A stretch of DNA of 64,000 nucleotides from Chlorobiota bacterium. GTDB taxonomy: Bacteria > Bacteroidota > Ignavibacteria > OLB7. Positions 60,596 to 64,000 of this stretch are shown here, piece by piece. The notes below the pieces were generated by a model, which saw nothing but the letters and a program-made list of their open reading frames with translations, ran no database searches and had not been told where the DNA came from. The stretch covers positions 1,883,788 through 1,947,787 of the forward strand of contig CP065014.1 of NCBI GenBank assembly GCA_016700335.1. The letters run 5' to 3'. The position numbers and the translations under genes were made by a program. The first letter of the stretch is position 1. The number at the start of each line of letters is the position of its first letter.

Positions 60596-60622
60596 TAAAA
60601 AAAGGTAGACAAATAGTCTACC
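60596..60622 (-). terminator. Rho-independent terminator of gyrB
   Basis: Stem ggtagac / gtctacc (60604-60610 / 60616-60622). The preceding plus-strand A-run gives a U-tract on the minus transcript. Confidence 0.65.
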
Positions 60623-60657
60623 CAATTTAATAAAAAAATTAGATATTAATTGACTTA

Positions 60658-62670
<2,013 letters not shown>

Positions 62671-62714
62671 TTAAATATTTTATTTAGTTTTTTAAATTCA
62701 ATCAAAAAAAATTT

Positions 62715-62993
62715 CTATCTAACAATAATTTCTAAAATAACTTCACTACCAAAATGAATGTTAACTTTTTTTCTAATTTCTTCACTTCTTATTATAATTT
62801 CTGTTCTCCAAGTTGAATTCTGAGTTTTTAAAAACATTTTCCCATTTTCAATTTTTTCAACCTCTGTATTCTTAGCTAAAATTTCCCCAACTATTTCTTT
62901 CCAATAAAGTGGAACAGATTCTTGAGCAACTTTTTGTTCCAAGTTATTTTTTCTTAACCATTCTTTTATAGCTGATCCAATTGATTCAGTCAT
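62715..62993 (-). CDS. DUF721-domain protein (DciA-family-like)
   Basis: 92 aa in the conserved recF-DUF721-gyrB position. The pattern W..IVG..... T....I..G.L.....S.W..E resembles DUF721. Confidence 0.6.
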   Translation of the reverse strand: MTESIGSAIKEWLRKNNLEQKVAQESVPLYWKEIVGEILAKNTEVEKIENGKMFLKTQNSTWRTEIIIRSEEIRKKVNIHFGSEVILEIIVR

Positions 62994-63033
62994 ACATTTA
63001 AATTGTTCTATTTATTTAAATATTTTATAATCT

Positions 63034-63999
63034 TCAAACAAACTCATTCAAACTAACCTCTCCATTTTTTACATTTATTATCCCTGATTCTATGTTACTA
63101 TAAAATGGAATATTTTTAATTGAAACAGTTGTAATAAATATTTGTGCTAATGAATGAGTTGCATGAAAAACCTTTTCAGAGCGTTCCTCATCTAATTCAC
63201 TAAAAATATCATCTAACAATATAATAGGTGTTTCCCCAAGTTTGCTCGATAAGAATCTAAATTCAGCAATTTTCATAGCAGTAATTAAAGTTTTATGTTG
63301 ACCTTGACTAGCTGAAAGACGAGCTTCTAAGCCATTAATCTTGATCTTCAATTCATCTCTATGAGCTCCAAACAATGTTGCTCCCCTTCTTAATTCTTCT
63401 TTTTTAATCTGTTTACTTTTTAACCATAATGCATCACGATAATCATCGATTAATGGTAAAGGTTTGTGAACTGAATTAGGGGAATATTTTAATTCTACAA
63501 TATCATTATTATTTGATAATTCTAAAACTGTTTTGGTAAAAACAATCTCGAATTCAGCTATAAATAATGCTCTTTCAAACATTAACTTTGCAGATAAATT
63601 TATTAGCATCTCGTCGAATGGTTCTAACAAAATATCTGGTATAGTTTTGTTATTTTTAACTGAATCAATTAAAAGAGCATTCCTATGTTTTAATACTCTT
63701 CTATAATCAATTAGTGTATCTAAGTAACTTCTTTTAGCTTGTGATATAACAATATCTATAAATCTTCTTCTTTCAGATGGTGCTCCATTAGTGATTATCT
63801 TTAAATCTGGAGATAAAACAATTGTTGGAGCAACACCTATAATTGATGCAGCTGAGCTAACTTTTTCACCATCCAACCAAATTGTTTTCCCCTGGGCTGT
63901 ATCATATAAAACTTCAATTTTTCTTTTAACTCCTAAGTCAGTTTGAAACTCTAATATAGCTTCAATTTTTTTTTCACCACTTCTAATAATATTCTGTTC
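63034..63999 (-). CDS. recF: DNA replication/repair protein RecF (N-terminus outside window)
   Basis: LFGAHRDEL, SQGQHKTLITAMKIAE and ILLDDIFSELDEERS. The frame stays open upstream of the TTG at 63876 to the window edge (my translation: ...EQNIIRSGEKKIEAILEFQTDLGVKRKIEVLYDTAQGKTIWLDGEK). Confidence 0.9.
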   Translation of the reverse strand, partial: EQNIIRSGEKKIEAILEFQTDLGVKRKIEVLYDTAQGKTIWLDGEKVSSAASIIGVAPTIVLSPDLKIITNGAPSERRRFIDIVISQAKRSYLDTLIDYRRVLKHRNALLIDSVKNNKTIPDILLEPFDEMLINLSAKLMFERALFIAEFEIVFTKTVLELSNNNDIVELKYSPNSVHKPLPLIDDYRDALWLKSKQIKKEELRRGATLFGAHRDELKIKINGLEARLSASQGQHKTLITAMKIAEFRFLSSKLGETPIILLDDIFSELDEERSEKVFHATHSLAQIFITTVSIKNIPFYSNIESGIINVKNGEVSLNEFV

Positions 64000-64000
64000 A

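Overview
AT-rich (roughly 30% GC by eye) chromosomal segment. T9SS-type C-terminal sorting domains, a bacilliredoxin, start codons without Shine-Dalgarno sequences and the general protein flavour point to an FCB-group bacterium (Ignavibacteriota/Bacteroidota-like). I support about 50 CDS, 4 tRNAs, several hairpin terminators and one large tandem repeat. Most genes are housekeeping: tgt, rsmG, tatC, polyprenyl synthase, cinA, lysS, ald, hemH, gcvT, priA, recN, pyrC, gpsA, gyrB, DUF721 and recF. I found no CRISPR array, integrase, transposase or rRNA. Four things stand out. (1) Two tandem genes of about 4.1 kb encode giant secreted T9SS-cargo proteins. Their 3' 2.86 kb, including stop codon and terminator, are almost base-identical, while their 5' 1.3 kb are clearly diverged. 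(2) That shared module has a very different codon and strand composition from its own 5' parts and from the rest of the window. (3) A third paralog lies 6 kb away in a cell-surface locus. (4) An NB-ARC/STAND-like P-loop NTPase carries an unusual C-terminal coiled-coil, two-helix membrane hairpin and second coiled-coil; it is the best candidate here for an undescribed defence or signalling protein. A secondary item is a small cNMP-binding protein whose gene overlaps a 12-TM transporter-like/HEAT-repeat protein by 8 bp. All functional calls come from motif recognition by eye; no database search was run.
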